The notes below the pieces were generated by a model. That model had not been told where the DNA came from. It searched no databases and was given only the letters and a program-made list of their open reading frames with translations. A stretch of DNA of 64,000 nucleotides from Escherichia coli (GTDB lineage Bacteria > Pseudomonadota > Gammaproteobacteria > Enterobacterales > Enterobacteriaceae), in NCBI RefSeq assembly GCF_013122565.1, contig NZ_CP053258.1; one strand, written 5' to 3'. Below are positions 37,911 through 50,263 of this stretch, piece by piece (positions within the stretch are counted from its first letter, which is position 1; every line of letters begins with the position of its first letter). A program made the position numbers and the translations under genes.

Positions 37911-39122
37911 TCAGGCATCGGCACACGGCTGCATTCTTGATCTCCGACTCATCAAAATAAACACCGCCAACCCAGCAACAAGAATACCCGGTGCAGAAGC
38001 GGCCATTACGCCGACCGTGCCAGTGCCTAATGCCAGCATTTTCCCGGCCAGTAACGGACCGCTCATAGCCCCCAGACGCCCTACCGCCACGGCTGTTCCC
38101 ACACCTGTTGCGCGGATCTGCGAACTGTAAAACAACGGTGCCAGGGCATACAAAACGCTTTGCCCACCTGTCGCAAACAACCCCGCGACAAATCCCGCCA
38201 GCAACATACCGTTAAATGACGACACCGTTCCAAGCGCCAGCAGCGAAGCTAACATGCCGCTATAAATCAGTAGCGACATGGTTACTGGACGCAGCTTATC
38301 CATCAATGCGCCCAACATTAACGTCCCGCTCGCCGCACCCATTTGCAGTGCAAACATCACCCCTGCCGCCTGCGATGGCTGGAATCCTTGCTCCACCAAA
38401 AGCAGCGGTAGCCAGTTGATCAACATGTAAACCACCAGCAGAGTGAAGAAATAACACAGCCACAGCAGCAGCGTCGCGGTTGCCGTTTCTGGCGCAAATA
38501 ACGCACGCAGTGGTGGCGCAGCCTGTTTTTCGCCAGCGAAAACCGCCGACTCCGGCAGCCAGCGCATTAATAGCGGCACCAGAATCAACGGCACCACACC
38601 ACCTACCCAAAACACCGTTTGCCATGCTAAATTTGCCCCCGCGAAACCCAGTGTCGCCGCCAGCGCCGCGCCAATGGGAACACCGCAATACATCAGGCTC
38701 ACTGCCGTCCCACGAAAACGTGGACCCGCGGCTTCAGACGTCAGGGCGATAAGATTCGGCAACGCCGCCCCCAGCCCGACACCGGTCATCAGCCGCGCAA
38801 AGACCAGTGAGGGGAAATCCCAGGCAATCGCCGTTGCCAGTGAGAACAAACCAAACAGCGCAACTGAGCCAATCAAAATGCGCTTGCGACCATAACGGTC
38901 CGCCAGCATTCCACCAACCAACGCGCCGGGTAGCAAACCGAGTATTCCGGCGCTGAATATCCAACCCATTTGCATTTTATCGAGTGCGAAAGCCTGAGCG
39001 ATGCCACCCGCCGCAATGCCAGCCGCCTGAAGATCCAGCCCTTCCATCAGAGCGACCAAAAAACAAAGCCCGATGGTCAGCATCAGGCGGGTTGAAGATG
39101 ATGAAGGGGTACGAGTCGACAT
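37911..39122 (-). CDS. mhpT: 3-(3-hydroxyphenyl)propionate MFS transporter MhpT (403 aa)
   Basis: 12-TM MFS. Internal Met at 39122 gives MSTRTPSSSSTRLMLTIGLCFLVAL... Confidence 0.85.
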   Translation of the reverse strand: MSTRTPSSSSTRLMLTIGLCFLVALMEGLDLQAAGIAAGGIAQAFALDKMQMGWIFSAGILGLLPGALVGGMLADRYGRKRILIGSVALFGLFSLATAIAWDFPSLVFARLMTGVGLGAALPNLIALTSEAAGPRFRGTAVSLMYCGVPIGAALAATLGFAGANLAWQTVFWVGGVVPLILVPLLMRWLPESAVFAGEKQAAPPLRALFAPETATATLLLWLCYFFTLLVVYMLINWLPLLLVEQGFQPSQAAGVMFALQMGAASGTLMLGALMDKLRPVTMSLLIYSGMLASLLALGTVSSFNGMLLAGFVAGLFATGGQSVLYALAPLFYSSQIRATGVGTAVAVGRLGAMSGPLLAGKMLALGTGTVGVMAASAPGILVAGLAVFILMSRRSRMQPCADA

Positions 39123-39200
39123 AAGATGAACCTCGTTGCGAGTACAGGTGAATCGCGGCTGATACATTGTCAGCCGCGTAATCAGAACCATTTAATGACT

Positions 39201-39257
<57 letters not shown>

Positions 39258-39297
39258 TGGGATGGGCATACAAAATGCACGTTCTCGGCAGTCATCA

Positions 39298-40307
39298 TTA
39301 TTTGTTGTTGCGCAGATCCAGCGCCACGTCGACGATCATATCCTCCTGGCCGCCAACCATCCGGCGTTTGCCCAGCTCAACGAGAATATCCACCGCGCTT
39401 AAGCCATAACGCGCCGCCGCCGTTTCACAGTGACGCAGGAAGCTCGAGTAAACACCAGCGTATCCCAGCGCCAGCGTTTCGCGATCGACTCGTACCGGTC
39501 GATCCTGCAACGGACGCACCAGGTCGTCAGCGGCATCCATTAACGCATAGAGATCGGCCCCATGCTGCCAACCCAGTTTATCCGCGGCGGCAATAAATAC
39601 TTCCAGCGGCGCGTTACCTGCGCCCGCTCCCATTCCCGCGAGGCTGGCGTCGATTCGGTCGCAGCCCTCTTCCACCGCCGCGATAGAGTTCGCCACGCCA
39701 AGACTCAGGTTATGGTGAGCGTGCATGCCGGTTTGCGTTTCTGGTTTCAGCACTGCTTTCAGGGCGCGGAAACGGTCACGGATATCGCTCATGTTCATCG
39801 CACCGCCAGAATCCACCACATAAATGCAGGTCGCACCGTAGCCTTCCATCAGCTTTGCCTGCTTTGCGAGATTCTCTGGCGTGGTCATATGACTCATCAT
39901 CAGAAAACCAACGGTGTCCATTCCGAGCTCGCGGGCATACTGAATATGCTGGGCGGAAACATCAGCTTCGGTACAGTGCGTTGCCACACGAACCACCCGC
40001 GCGCCAGCCTGCCAGGCATTTTTCAGATCGTGAATAGTGCCGATTCCTGGCAGCAACAACGTCGCGATTTTGGCGTGCTTCACCACATCCGCCGCCGCTT
40101 CAATCCATTCAAGGTCGCTATGTGCGCCGAAACCATAGTTAAAGCTGGAACCCTGCAAACCGTCGCCATGGGCCACTTCAATCGAATCCACGCGGGCATC
40201 GTCCAGTGCTTTGGCAATCTGGCGAACGTTTTCCAGCGAATACTGATGACGAATGGCGTGCATACCGTCACGCAACGTGACGTCCGAGATATAAAGTTTT
40301 TTACCGT

Positions 40308-40311
<4 letters not shown>
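39298..40311 (-). CDS. mhpE: 4-hydroxy-2-oxovalerate aldolase (337 aa)
   Basis: DRE-TIM aldolase ([10 protein letters not shown] motif); 4-nt overlap with mhpF. Confidence 0.95.
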
Positions 40312-42073
<1,762 letters not shown>

Positions 42074-42940
42074 TTAAGCACGTGCGAGGAAATTCAGCAC
42101 CAGTTGATTGAAAGCGTCGGCATGTTCCCACTGCGCCCAGTGACCACAGTCGCGGAAGATATGCAGTTCAGAACCGGCAATGCCGGCCAGCAGACGCAGA
42201 CCCGCATCCATCGGCACAAAGCGGTCGTTGCGCCCCCAGACAATCAGGGTTTGCGCTTTGATTTCCGCCAGACGTGGGCCAAAATCCGGGAACTGTTTCG
42301 GATTAGCTTCCAGGCTCTTAACGAAATTTTCCAGGTGATCGCGGCGCGACAGCATATTATTCAGGCGCGCTTCAAACAGGGCGTCGGTCAAATCGCTGGT
42401 ATCAAAAACGAAGATATCCATCATCAGCTTCAGGTTTTCGATAGTCGGCTGACGATACAGCTGATTCAGTCGCTTAATACCTTCGGTTGGCATCGGCGTA
42501 AACAAACTCATGCCGCCCGTACCGCCGCCCATCAGCACCAGTTTGCCGACGCGCTCCGGCCAGTTAAGGGTGAACGCCACAGAACTATGGCCACCCATCG
42601 AGTTGCCCAGCAGGTGGATTTTGGCGATATCCAGTTGATCCACCACGCTTTTCAGGATTCGTGCATTAAGATCCGATCGCGAACCACTATTAACGATCGA
42701 ATCACTCTTGCCCCAACCCGGACAATCCAGCAGGATCACCCGATAGCCCGCCTCTACCAGCGGATCGATATTGCGGCTGAAGTTCGCCCAGCCAGTAGCA
42801 CCCGGGCCGGAACCGTGCAGCAGGACAACGGTTTCGTCGCCTTGTCCGCAGTCATTAAAATGGATGCGCAGCGTTTTACCCGCTTCTTCTACATTCAGAA
42901 AACGGCTGGTGGCGGCTTCGGTTTGTGGCTGATAACTCAT
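42074..42940 (-). CDS. mhpC: 2-hydroxy-6-oxononadienedioate hydrolase (alpha/beta hydrolase), ~288 aa
   Basis: GNSMGG nucleophile motif. Start taken at the Met giving [14 protein letters not shown]...; upstream in-frame ATGs at 42943 and 42955 are alternatives. Confidence 0.85.
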   Translation of the reverse strand: MSYQPQTEAATSRFLNVEEAGKTLRIHFNDCGQGDETVVLLHGSGPGATGWANFSRNIDPLVEAGYRVILLDCPGWGKSDSIVNSGSRSDLNARILKSVVDQLDIAKIHLLGNSMGGHSSVAFTLNWPERVGKLVLMGGGTGGMSLFTPMPTEGIKRLNQLYRQPTIENLKLMMDIFVFDTSDLTDALFEARLNNMLSRRDHLENFVKSLEANPKQFPDFGPRLAEIKAQTLIVWGRNDRFVPMDAGLRLLAGIAGSELHIFRDCGHWAQWEHADAFNQLVLNFLARA

Positions 42941-42957
42941 CATCTTCTCCTGCATAT

Positions 42958-43902
42958 TCAGTTCTCTGTTCTGGCGCTTAACGAGCCAAATCCGGCAATC
43001 CACTCCGGGATTGGGCGGTAATAACGCCCTTCGCTACGCCAGTTGCCAAATGCAGAAATAGCGGCAAAAGCGGCGACCCAGGTTTTGATTTCATGTGTCG
43101 ACTTTCCGGCAATGGCGGAAAGCTCTTCGTTACTGACGGCATCCAGTTCCTGTATGCGTCCCTGCTCCAGCAAAGTCATGAACTGGTTATCCCAAATCGG
43201 GTTGAGCGGATGCAGAGTTCTCTGATCCTCAACAAACTTCTCAGCGGCGCTAATCACCCTTTGCTGACGCAATTCGCGCTCACTGGCGGGTAAATCTTTC
43301 CCGCTCCCCAACAGACGGTCGCGCATATGGGCATCGGCTTTCGCCAGTTCGGGCACCGGCGGCTGATGGGAAAGCCCACCGGAACCCAGGAACAGCACGC
43401 GTTTATTGAGAGTGCTGGTGAAACGTCCAATGGCTTCACCCAACATGCGGGTACGCTGGAAACCGGGCAGCGGCGTGGCGACACCGTTGATGAACACAGG
43501 CAGAACTGGCACCTTATCCAGCCCACCGAGCAGGAACTCCAGCGGCTGGGCGAACCCGTGGTCCACCTGCATACAGTAAGAAACGGCAAGATCGATCCCG
43601 CTCTTCATGACGGCATGCGCACAGGCCTCCGCCAACTCCACAGGCACTGGCAGCTCTCCTGCCGCACTACCGAAATCACCAATTGCCGTCGCTCCAACGC
43701 CTAAACAGAACGGTGGCATCACGTCATAGAAAAAGCCGTTGTAGTGATCTGGCGCAAACAGCACCACCAGTTCAGGGGAGAAAGCCGCAATACGCTCGCG
43801 GGCGCTGGCAATCACGCCATCGACCTCATCGAGCACCTCTTGCGCCGGGTCGACATACCCCACCAGCGGCGAGTGGGAAAGACAGTGAAGATAAGCGTGC
43901 AT
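42958..43902 (-). CDS. mhpB: 2,3-dihydroxyphenylpropionate 1,2-dioxygenase (extradiol, LigB type), 314 aa
   Basis: Translation [19 protein letters not shown]...; position in the mhp operon. Confidence 0.9.
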   Translation of the reverse strand: MHAYLHCLSHSPLVGYVDPAQEVLDEVDGVIASARERIAAFSPELVVLFAPDHYNGFFYDVMPPFCLGVGATAIGDFGSAAGELPVPVELAEACAHAVMKSGIDLAVSYCMQVDHGFAQPLEFLLGGLDKVPVLPVFINGVATPLPGFQRTRMLGEAIGRFTSTLNKRVLFLGSGGLSHQPPVPELAKADAHMRDRLLGSGKDLPASERELRQQRVISAAEKFVEDQRTLHPLNPIWDNQFMTLLEQGRIQELDAVSNEELSAIAGKSTHEIKTWVAAFAAISAFGNWRSEGRYYRPIPEWIAGFGSLSARTEN

Positions 43903-43903
43903 A

Positions 43904-45568
43904 TCAGGCTACCTTTTCGACAGAAACGTCGGCATCAGGGCGGGTCAGCGTCATCACCGACGCCAGTTTATTCAGGGTCTTGCCCAGGGTTTGCGGAATG
44001 GCGGTGGCGGCAACAAAGCGATCCGGGCGCATCACCACCAGCGAAGCATTGTGTTGCGCGAACCAGCTACGCAGGCGACCTTGCGTATCCCCCACGCGTA
44101 GTACGCCGTCGTGGTTATCCTGTGCGGTATGAATTTGCACTTCCGGCACCACCTGAATGAAGCGTGTGCCCAACGCGCGCCACTGCTGGATTTGCTCGTC
44201 GCTCATCCCCCACAGTGGATTGCATCCCCAGCCAATTACCGCGAAGTTCGCGCCGATCGCGTTATCGAGTAGCGTCACGTCGCCGTTTTCCAGCGTGACT
44301 TTCGGCTGAATAAACATCTTGCCGACCGGAGAGTGCTTCGCCTCGCCCTCACGCACCAGCGCACCGCCGTAATATTGCGGCATCGGCTTGAAGCGCATTT
44401 CGAGGAAGTAGCGTTTTACTGGCGGCAGATAATTCAGCAGCCAGGAAACGCCGTCACGTAACGTACCCTGCCAGCGTTTCGGCGGAGCCAGCACGTTGCC
44501 CGCCGTCACGGACAGGTCAATCATCGCTTTGGCGTGATCGCGACGTTCTTGTTGATAGGTATCGAGCAGCGCATCGCGGGCTTTCCCCTGGATAACCAAC
44601 GCCAGTTTCCATGCGAGGTTAAAGGCGTCGCGCATACCACTGTTATAGCCCTGCCCCTGCCATACCGGCATGATGTGCGCGGCATCGCCCGCCAGCAGTA
44701 CGCGATCAATACGGAAACGTTGCGCCAGTCGCGCGTTGTGGGTGTAGACACGCTGGCGAATCAATTCAACATTGTCCGGATTAGGCAGCACTTTGCTTAA
44801 CAGCTTGCGCATATTTTGCGGCTCACGCAGCTGTTCTTCGGTTTCTCCCGGCATCACCATGAATTCAAAGCGACGTACCGCATGAGGCAACGCGGCAGAA
44901 ACATACGGGCGCACCGGATCGCAGCACAAATAGATATGCGGCGTACTTAATGGATCGTTGGCGATATCTACCACAATCCACTGATTTGGTGCAGTTTTAC
45001 CTTCAAACGGCACATTCAGGGTGCGACGGACAAAACTTGCCCCACCATCACAGGCCACCAGCCACTGGGCTTTGACTATTTCCCGCTGCCCTTCTGCCGT
45101 TTTCAGGTGCAAGGTCACTTCGTCATCTTGCTGACTGAAGACCTCCAGCTCGCGGGAAAACAAGCAGCGCACATTCGGAAAACGCGACACCCCTTCCAGC
45201 ATCACCGCATCGACCTGCGGCTGAATAAAGGCGTTACGGCGCGGCCAGCCAAATTCATCGGTCATTGGCTGAATATCAGCAAAACAGCGGCCCTTCGGGG
45301 TGAGAAAACGCATCGCGTGCCACGGCGTAGTATGCGGCAGAACATTATCGACCAGGCCGACCGACTGCATGGTGCGCAGCGCCTCGTCATCAATACCAAT
45401 CGCACGCGGGTAGTCGATCAACTTATCGAGTTTCTCCACCACCAGCACGTCAATGCCCATCTGGCCGAGATAGTTCGCCATCATCAGCCCGACCGGACCG
45501 GCACCAGCGATCGCCACCTGAACGCTATGGTTAACAGCAGGCTGGATGTCAGGGTGTTGTATTGCCAT
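43904..45568 (-). CDS. mhpA: 3-(3-hydroxyphenyl)propionate hydroxylase (FAD monooxygenase), 554 aa
   Basis: FAD motif [17 protein letters not shown] motif, GDAAH motif. Confidence 0.95.
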   Translation of the reverse strand: MAIQHPDIQPAVNHSVQVAIAGAGPVGLMMANYLGQMGIDVLVVEKLDKLIDYPRAIGIDDEALRTMQSVGLVDNVLPHTTPWHAMRFLTPKGRCFADIQPMTDEFGWPRRNAFIQPQVDAVMLEGVSRFPNVRCLFSRELEVFSQQDDEVTLHLKTAEGQREIVKAQWLVACDGGASFVRRTLNVPFEGKTAPNQWIVVDIANDPLSTPHIYLCCDPVRPYVSAALPHAVRRFEFMVMPGETEEQLREPQNMRKLLSKVLPNPDNVELIRQRVYTHNARLAQRFRIDRVLLAGDAAHIMPVWQGQGYNSGMRDAFNLAWKLALVIQGKARDALLDTYQQERRDHAKAMIDLSVTAGNVLAPPKRWQGTLRDGVSWLLNYLPPVKRYFLEMRFKPMPQYYGGALVREGEAKHSPVGKMFIQPKVTLENGDVTLLDNAIGANFAVIGWGCNPLWGMSDEQIQQWRALGTRFIQVVPEVQIHTAQDNHDGVLRVGDTQGRLRSWFAQHNASLVVMRPDRFVAATAIPQTLGKTLNKLASVMTLTRPDADVSVEKVA

Positions 45569-45709
45569 TTCAGTACCTCACGACTCGGACAAAATGCCGT
45601 TGCGCGCACAGTACAGCGCAACTTACTTTGTTAAAAACATGTAAATGATTTTTTATTGTGCGCTCAGTATAGGAAGGGTGTTTTCGGCTACAATCAAAAC
45701 ATGCCCGAA

Positions 45710-45726
45710 TGTGCACCAGGTGCACA
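45710..45726. promoter_or_regulatory. Perfect 17-bp palindrome TGTGCACC-A-GGTGCACA in the mhpR/mhpA divergent promoter region (candidate MhpR operator)
   Basis: 8-bp perfect inverted repeat with a 1-nt spacer, between divergent mhpA (start 45568) and mhpR (start 45759). Confidence 0.5.
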
Positions 45727-45758
45727 ACGTTGTTTTAACTATAGAAATGTCAATTAAT

Positions 45759-46592
45759 ATGCAGAACAATGAGCAGACGGAATACAAAACCGTGCGCGGC
45801 TTAACCCGCGGTCTAATGTTATTAAATATGTTAAATAAACTTGACGGCGGTGCCAGCGTCGGGCTGCTGGCGGAACTCAGCGGCCTGCATCGCACCACTG
45901 TGCGGCGACTGCTGGAGACGCTGCAGGAAGAGGGATATGTCCGGCGTAGTCCCTCCGATGATAGTTTTCGTCTGACCATCAAAGTGCGGCAATTAAGCGA
46001 AGGATTTCGTGACGAACAGTGGATTTCTGCACTGGCGGCCCCACTGCTGGGCGATCTGTTACGCGAAGTGGTATGGCCGACAGATGTGTCCACGCTGGAT
46101 GTTGATGCAATGGTGGTACGCGAAACCACTCACCGTTTCAGCCGCTTATCCTTTCACCGGGCAATGGTCGGGCGACGTTTGCCGCTTCTGAAAACCGCCT
46201 CGGGCCTGACCTGGTTGGCCTTTTGCCCGGAACAAGAACGCAAGGAATTAATCGAGATGTTAGCCTCCCGCCCCGGTGATGACTATCAACTGGCACGAGA
46301 ACCGTTAAAGCTGGAAGCCATTCTGGCGCGCGCGCGCAAAGAGGGTTACGGACAGAACTACCGCGGCTGGGATCAGGAGGAGAAGATCGCCTCTATCGCC
46401 GTACCGCTGCGCAGTGAACAACGGGTGATTGGCTGTTTGAATCTGGTGTATATGGCGAGCGCAATGACCATCGAACAGGCAGCGGAAAAGCATCTTCCGG
46501 CACTACAACGGGTAGCAAAACAGATCGAAGAAGGGGTTGAATCGCAGGCTATTCTGGTGGCCGGACGGCGAAGCGGCGTGCATTTACGCTAG
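45759..46592 (+). CDS. mhpR: IclR-family transcriptional activator MhpR (277 aa)
   Basis: ORF track 45645-46592. Internal Met at 45759 gives MQNNEQTEYKTVRGLTRGLMLL... with an IclR HTH. Confidence 0.85.
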   Translation: MQNNEQTEYKTVRGLTRGLMLLNMLNKLDGGASVGLLAELSGLHRTTVRRLLETLQEEGYVRRSPSDDSFRLTIKVRQLSEGFRDEQWISALAAPLLGDLLREVVWPTDVSTLDVDAMVVRETTHRFSRLSFHRAMVGRRLPLLKTASGLTWLAFCPEQERKELIEMLASRPGDDYQLAREPLKLEAILARARKEGYGQNYRGWDQEEKIASIAVPLRSEQRVIGCLNLVYMASAMTIEQAAEKHLPALQRVAKQIEEGVESQAILVAGRRSGVHLR

Positions 46593-46706
46593 TTACGCCA
46601 ATGTGTAATTTGGCCCATTCTCATCGTTATTCGCCCATTTGCCCACATGCACAGTACGGGCTGCACGCTACGCTAATGACATCAATACTGTGATGTGGAG
46701 CAAATC

Positions 46707-47483
46707 ATGAAAATTACGCAAATTCGTAATGCCACCCAAATTATCCAATACGCTGGCAAAACATTTCTTATCGACCCGTTACTCGCGCCTAAAGGAAGTT
46801 ATCCGGGTTTTGCCGGAACGGCACGCGCAGAAATCCGCAATCCAACGGTAGAATTACCGTGCGATTTAACAACGTTACTCAACGTTGACGCCCTAATCGT
46901 GACCCATTTGCATGAAGATCACTGGGACGAAACAGCCTCCCGCGTCGTTCCTAAAGATAAACTGATTTATGTGCAAAATGAGCAAGATGCTGAATCACTG
47001 AATAAACAAGGATTTACGCATCTTACCGTACTTACCGACGAGACTAAATTTGGCGATATTACTCTGCATAAAACGACAGGGCAGCACGGCTCCGATCGCA
47101 CCTATGCCGACCCGGCTATGGCGAAGCGTTTAGGCGCAGCCTGCGGCGTTGTTTTCCAGCACCCGACAGAGAAAACGCTCTATCTGGCTGGCGATACCCT
47201 CTGGCGTGACGACGTCGAGGCTACAATGCTAACTTTCCAACCAGAAGTGGTTGTGTTGAATGCCGGATTTGCGCATGTTCTGGGGCATGGCGCGATAATT
47301 ATGGGAGCAGAAGATATTCTCAAAACACATTTTACCCTGCCAGAAGCGCAAATTGTCGCGACACATATGGAGGCCGTAAACCACTGTTTGCTGACGCGTG
47401 ATGCGCTCAAGGAATACGCCAGAGATAATCAAATTATCGAATTTGTGAACGTACCAGAAGATGGTGAAACGTTGACATTCTAA
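46707..47483 (+). CDS. Metallo-beta-lactamase-fold hydrolase (~258 aa)
   Basis: HxHxDH metal motif (THLHEDHWDE). Start at the Met of MKITQIR with SD GGAG; the track ORF begins 4 codons upstream. Confidence 0.75.
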   Translation: MKITQIRNATQIIQYAGKTFLIDPLLAPKGSYPGFAGTARAEIRNPTVELPCDLTTLLNVDALIVTHLHEDHWDETASRVVPKDKLIYVQNEQDAESLNKQGFTHLTVLTDETKFGDITLHKTTGQHGSDRTYADPAMAKRLGAACGVVFQHPTEKTLYLAGDTLWRDDVEATMLTFQPEVVVLNAGFAHVLGHGAIIMGAEDILKTHFTLPEAQIVATHMEAVNHCLLTRDALKEYARDNQIIEFVNVPEDGETLTF

Positions 47484-47502
47484 TTCGGAGATAAAGAGTG
47501 TT

Positions 47503-48456
47503 ATGCGCCCGCTAACTGTTGCCATTATCGCCGTTGCCGGTTTTAGTCCTTTTCACCTTTCCGTACCGTTTATCGTATTTAGCGAAAAAATGGCGGAGAA
47601 AAAACACTTTCACGTAATTATCTGCGCTGAAAAGCCGGGAAACGTGGACTCTGCCGATGGGTTTTCCGTAACCGCCACCCATGACTATACCGCAGTCATC
47701 CAGGCGGATATTGTGATAATTCCTTACTGGGGAACAATTACACAAAAACCGCCACAAAAACTGCTGGAAGCCTTAACGACCGCACGGGATAACGGCGCAC
47801 AGATTGTCGGGCTTTGCCTGGGCACGTTTGTGCTCGGCTATGCAGGTTTACTGAAAAATAAGCGTGCCGCCACGCACTGGGAGTTCGAGCGTGAATTTCA
47901 GGCACGTTTTCCACAAACACATCTGGATATTAACGCGTTGTACGTAGACGATGACGGCATTATTACCTCTGCCGGTACTGCCGCGGCGCTGGATTGCTGT
48001 TTGTATATTGTTCGGCAACATTTTGGCAGCGACTATGCTAACCATATTGCCCGACGGATGGTCGTACCGCCATATCGCACCGGCGGTCAGGCGCAGTTTA
48101 TTGAGCAACCAGTGCCGAAAAATACCCATGATGAACGCATAAACCTCCTGCTGGATTACCTGCGGCAAAACATTGCGCAACAGCATGATCTCGACTCGCT
48201 GGCGCAGCGAGTAATGATGAGTCGCCGCACATTAACTCGCCATTTTATGAAAGCGACCGGTTCGAGTATCGCCGAATGGCTCATTACTGAACGCTTACGC
48301 CGTAGCCAGGAACTGTTGGGATCCAGTCAGTTGCCCGTTGAGCGGATAGCGGCTGAGGTGGGTTTTCTCTCACCTGTGACCTGGCGTCAGCATTTTAAAT
48401 CTCACTTCGGCGTCAGCCCCGCCGAATGGCGCAAAACCTTTCGCGGTATGGCATGA
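47503..48456 (+). CDS. GlxA-type transcriptional regulator (DJ-1/PfpI-like domain + AraC-family HTH), 317 aa
   Basis: N-terminal class-I glutamine-amidotransferase-like domain, C-terminal AraC HTH (RRTLTRHFMKATGSSIAEWL...VGFLSPVTWRQHFKSHFGVSP). Confidence 0.8.
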   Translation: MRPLTVAIIAVAGFSPFHLSVPFIVFSEKMAEKKHFHVIICAEKPGNVDSADGFSVTATHDYTAVIQADIVIIPYWGTITQKPPQKLLEALTTARDNGAQIVGLCLGTFVLGYAGLLKNKRAATHWEFEREFQARFPQTHLDINALYVDDDGIITSAGTAAALDCCLYIVRQHFGSDYANHIARRMVVPPYRTGGQAQFIEQPVPKNTHDERINLLLDYLRQNIAQQHDLDSLAQRVMMSRRTLTRHFMKATGSSIAEWLITERLRRSQELLGSSQLPVERIAAEVGFLSPVTWRQHFKSHFGVSPAEWRKTFRGMA

Positions 48457-48706
48457 TAGCGCGTGCAGGAAAGTCAATTCAGGTTCCCCACTAACCAACT
48501 GAATTGTGGGAAGATTGCTTTATCAGGCTTAATACAAGCCATTCGGTAACAGTTTTTCTCGCTCCCGCCCTGTCACTCCTGTTGATTGTGCAATGTTACA
48601 AAAATGCTTCATTTTTGTTGATTTTCTACTGTGATCAATTCGGCAATATCCTCTCCTGAATTTCACCAGACTACTTCCAGCCCATTCGCAATATCAGGAG
48701 AGACAA

Positions 48707-50263
48707 ATGAGCAGCACCTCCGCCGACTTCCAGAATTTGTATCAGGCACTGAGTCACAGCGCCGCCCGCAGTCCGAATGACCTGGCGCTGGCGTTTGAGG
48801 ATCAGCGCTATATGTACCGCGATTTTCACCTGCGGGTACAGCGGACGATGGCGCAACTTGACCGCAGCTGGTCGTTGCGCAAAGGCGACCGGATCCTGCT
48901 GGCCCTGGGGAATCATCCCGCTTTTTGCGAAGTCCTTTTTGCGGCAGTTGGTCTGGGCATCGAGGTGGTGCCTTTCAGCACTAAGCTTAAGCAGGCCGAG
49001 AGCGAGGAGCTGGTGGGTCATATCGCGCCCCAGGTCGTGCTGTTCGATGCAACCGTGCAGGACTGGCTGAAAAACACCCCCAACGCGCGCGCTGTTTCAC
49101 TTAGTGAATGGCTGGCGCTTTCTCTTCCCGAACCGCTGACTCGCCTGCCGGCCCAGGTTAACCGCGACGACACGGCGGTGATGATGTTTACCTCAGGTAC
49201 TACCGGGGAGCCAAAAGGCGCGATTATCACCCACCATAATCTGCTCTGCGCGATTGACGCCTATACGCAAAAACTGAATCTGACCGCTGCGGATAGCACT
49301 ATTCTGGCGGTGCCTATTTATCACATCACTGGCCTGTCGGCGCTGCTGGCGCTGTTTATTAGCCTTGGTGCGAGCATCTGGCTGCAACACCGGTTCAATG
49401 CCTCGCAGGTGATCAATACCCTGCGCGAGCAAAATATTACCTTTCTGCACGGCTCGCCAACCATCTTTATCCTCCTATGTCAGGCGGCACGCGAAATAAG
49501 CGACAGCCATCCGGGCGATTTTCCCGCGCTACGGACGATCGCTTGCGGTGCGGGCCACCTGAGCGACGGCCTTATCAAAGAGTTAAAAACGCTGTTCCCG
49601 CATACGGCAATTCAGCCGATCTACGGGCTCACCGAAACGACCTCACCCGCGACGATTTTTCCAGGCGACGTCTGGGGTAGCGAGAAATGCGGCAGTTCGG
49701 GCCAGGCGATCCCCGGCCTCACGATTACGATTCGCAACGATCGCCAGCAACGTCTCCCTGCCGGACAAATTGGGCATATCTGGCTGAAAGGCGATGTGGT
49801 CATCCGCGAGTACTGGCAGCACAGCGAAAGACGCCCGAGCTGCGATGAACAGGGCTGGTTTTGTACGGGTGATTTGGGCTATCTCGACGACGAAGGCTGG
49901 CTGTACATCAAAGACCGCAGTAAAGACATGATCAATCGCGGTGGGGAGAAAATTTACTCTCTGGAGCTGGAAAACATTCTCTCTACCTATCGGGGAGTAC
50001 GGGAAGTCGCCGTGATCCCGGCCCCCAGCCCGCTCTATGGTGAAGAGCCGGTGGCGTTTATCGTGCCGGACGGTCAACACCACCTGACAAGCGAAGAGAT
50101 CCTCTGCTGGCTGAAGGTCAAAATTGCCCGCTTTAAGCTTCCGGCACGCATTATTTTCACCCGCATTTTACCCCGTACCCATAACGGAAAAGTGAGCAAA
50201 CAACAGCTCAAAACACGCCTTGCGGAATCGATCATCACGTTATCAACGGAGGATAAACAGTGA
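48707..50263 (+). CDS. AMP-dependent synthetase/ligase (acyl-CoA synthetase family), 518 aa
   Basis: AMP-binding motif FTSGTTGEPKGA, downstream TGDLGYLDDEGWLYIKDRSKDMINRGGEKI block, C-terminal conserved Lys. Confidence 0.85.
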   Translation: MSSTSADFQNLYQALSHSAARSPNDLALAFEDQRYMYRDFHLRVQRTMAQLDRSWSLRKGDRILLALGNHPAFCEVLFAAVGLGIEVVPFSTKLKQAESEELVGHIAPQVVLFDATVQDWLKNTPNARAVSLSEWLALSLPEPLTRLPAQVNRDDTAVMMFTSGTTGEPKGAIITHHNLLCAIDAYTQKLNLTAADSTILAVPIYHITGLSALLALFISLGASIWLQHRFNASQVINTLREQNITFLHGSPTIFILLCQAAREISDSHPGDFPALRTIACGAGHLSDGLIKELKTLFPHTAIQPIYGLTETTSPATIFPGDVWGSEKCGSSGQAIPGLTITIRNDRQQRLPAGQIGHIWLKGDVVIREYWQHSERRPSCDEQGWFCTGDLGYLDDEGWLYIKDRSKDMINRGGEKIYSLELENILSTYRGVREVAVIPAPSPLYGEEPVAFIVPDGQHHLTSEEILCWLKVKIARFKLPARIIFTRILPRTHNGKVSKQQLKTRLAESIITLSTEDKQ

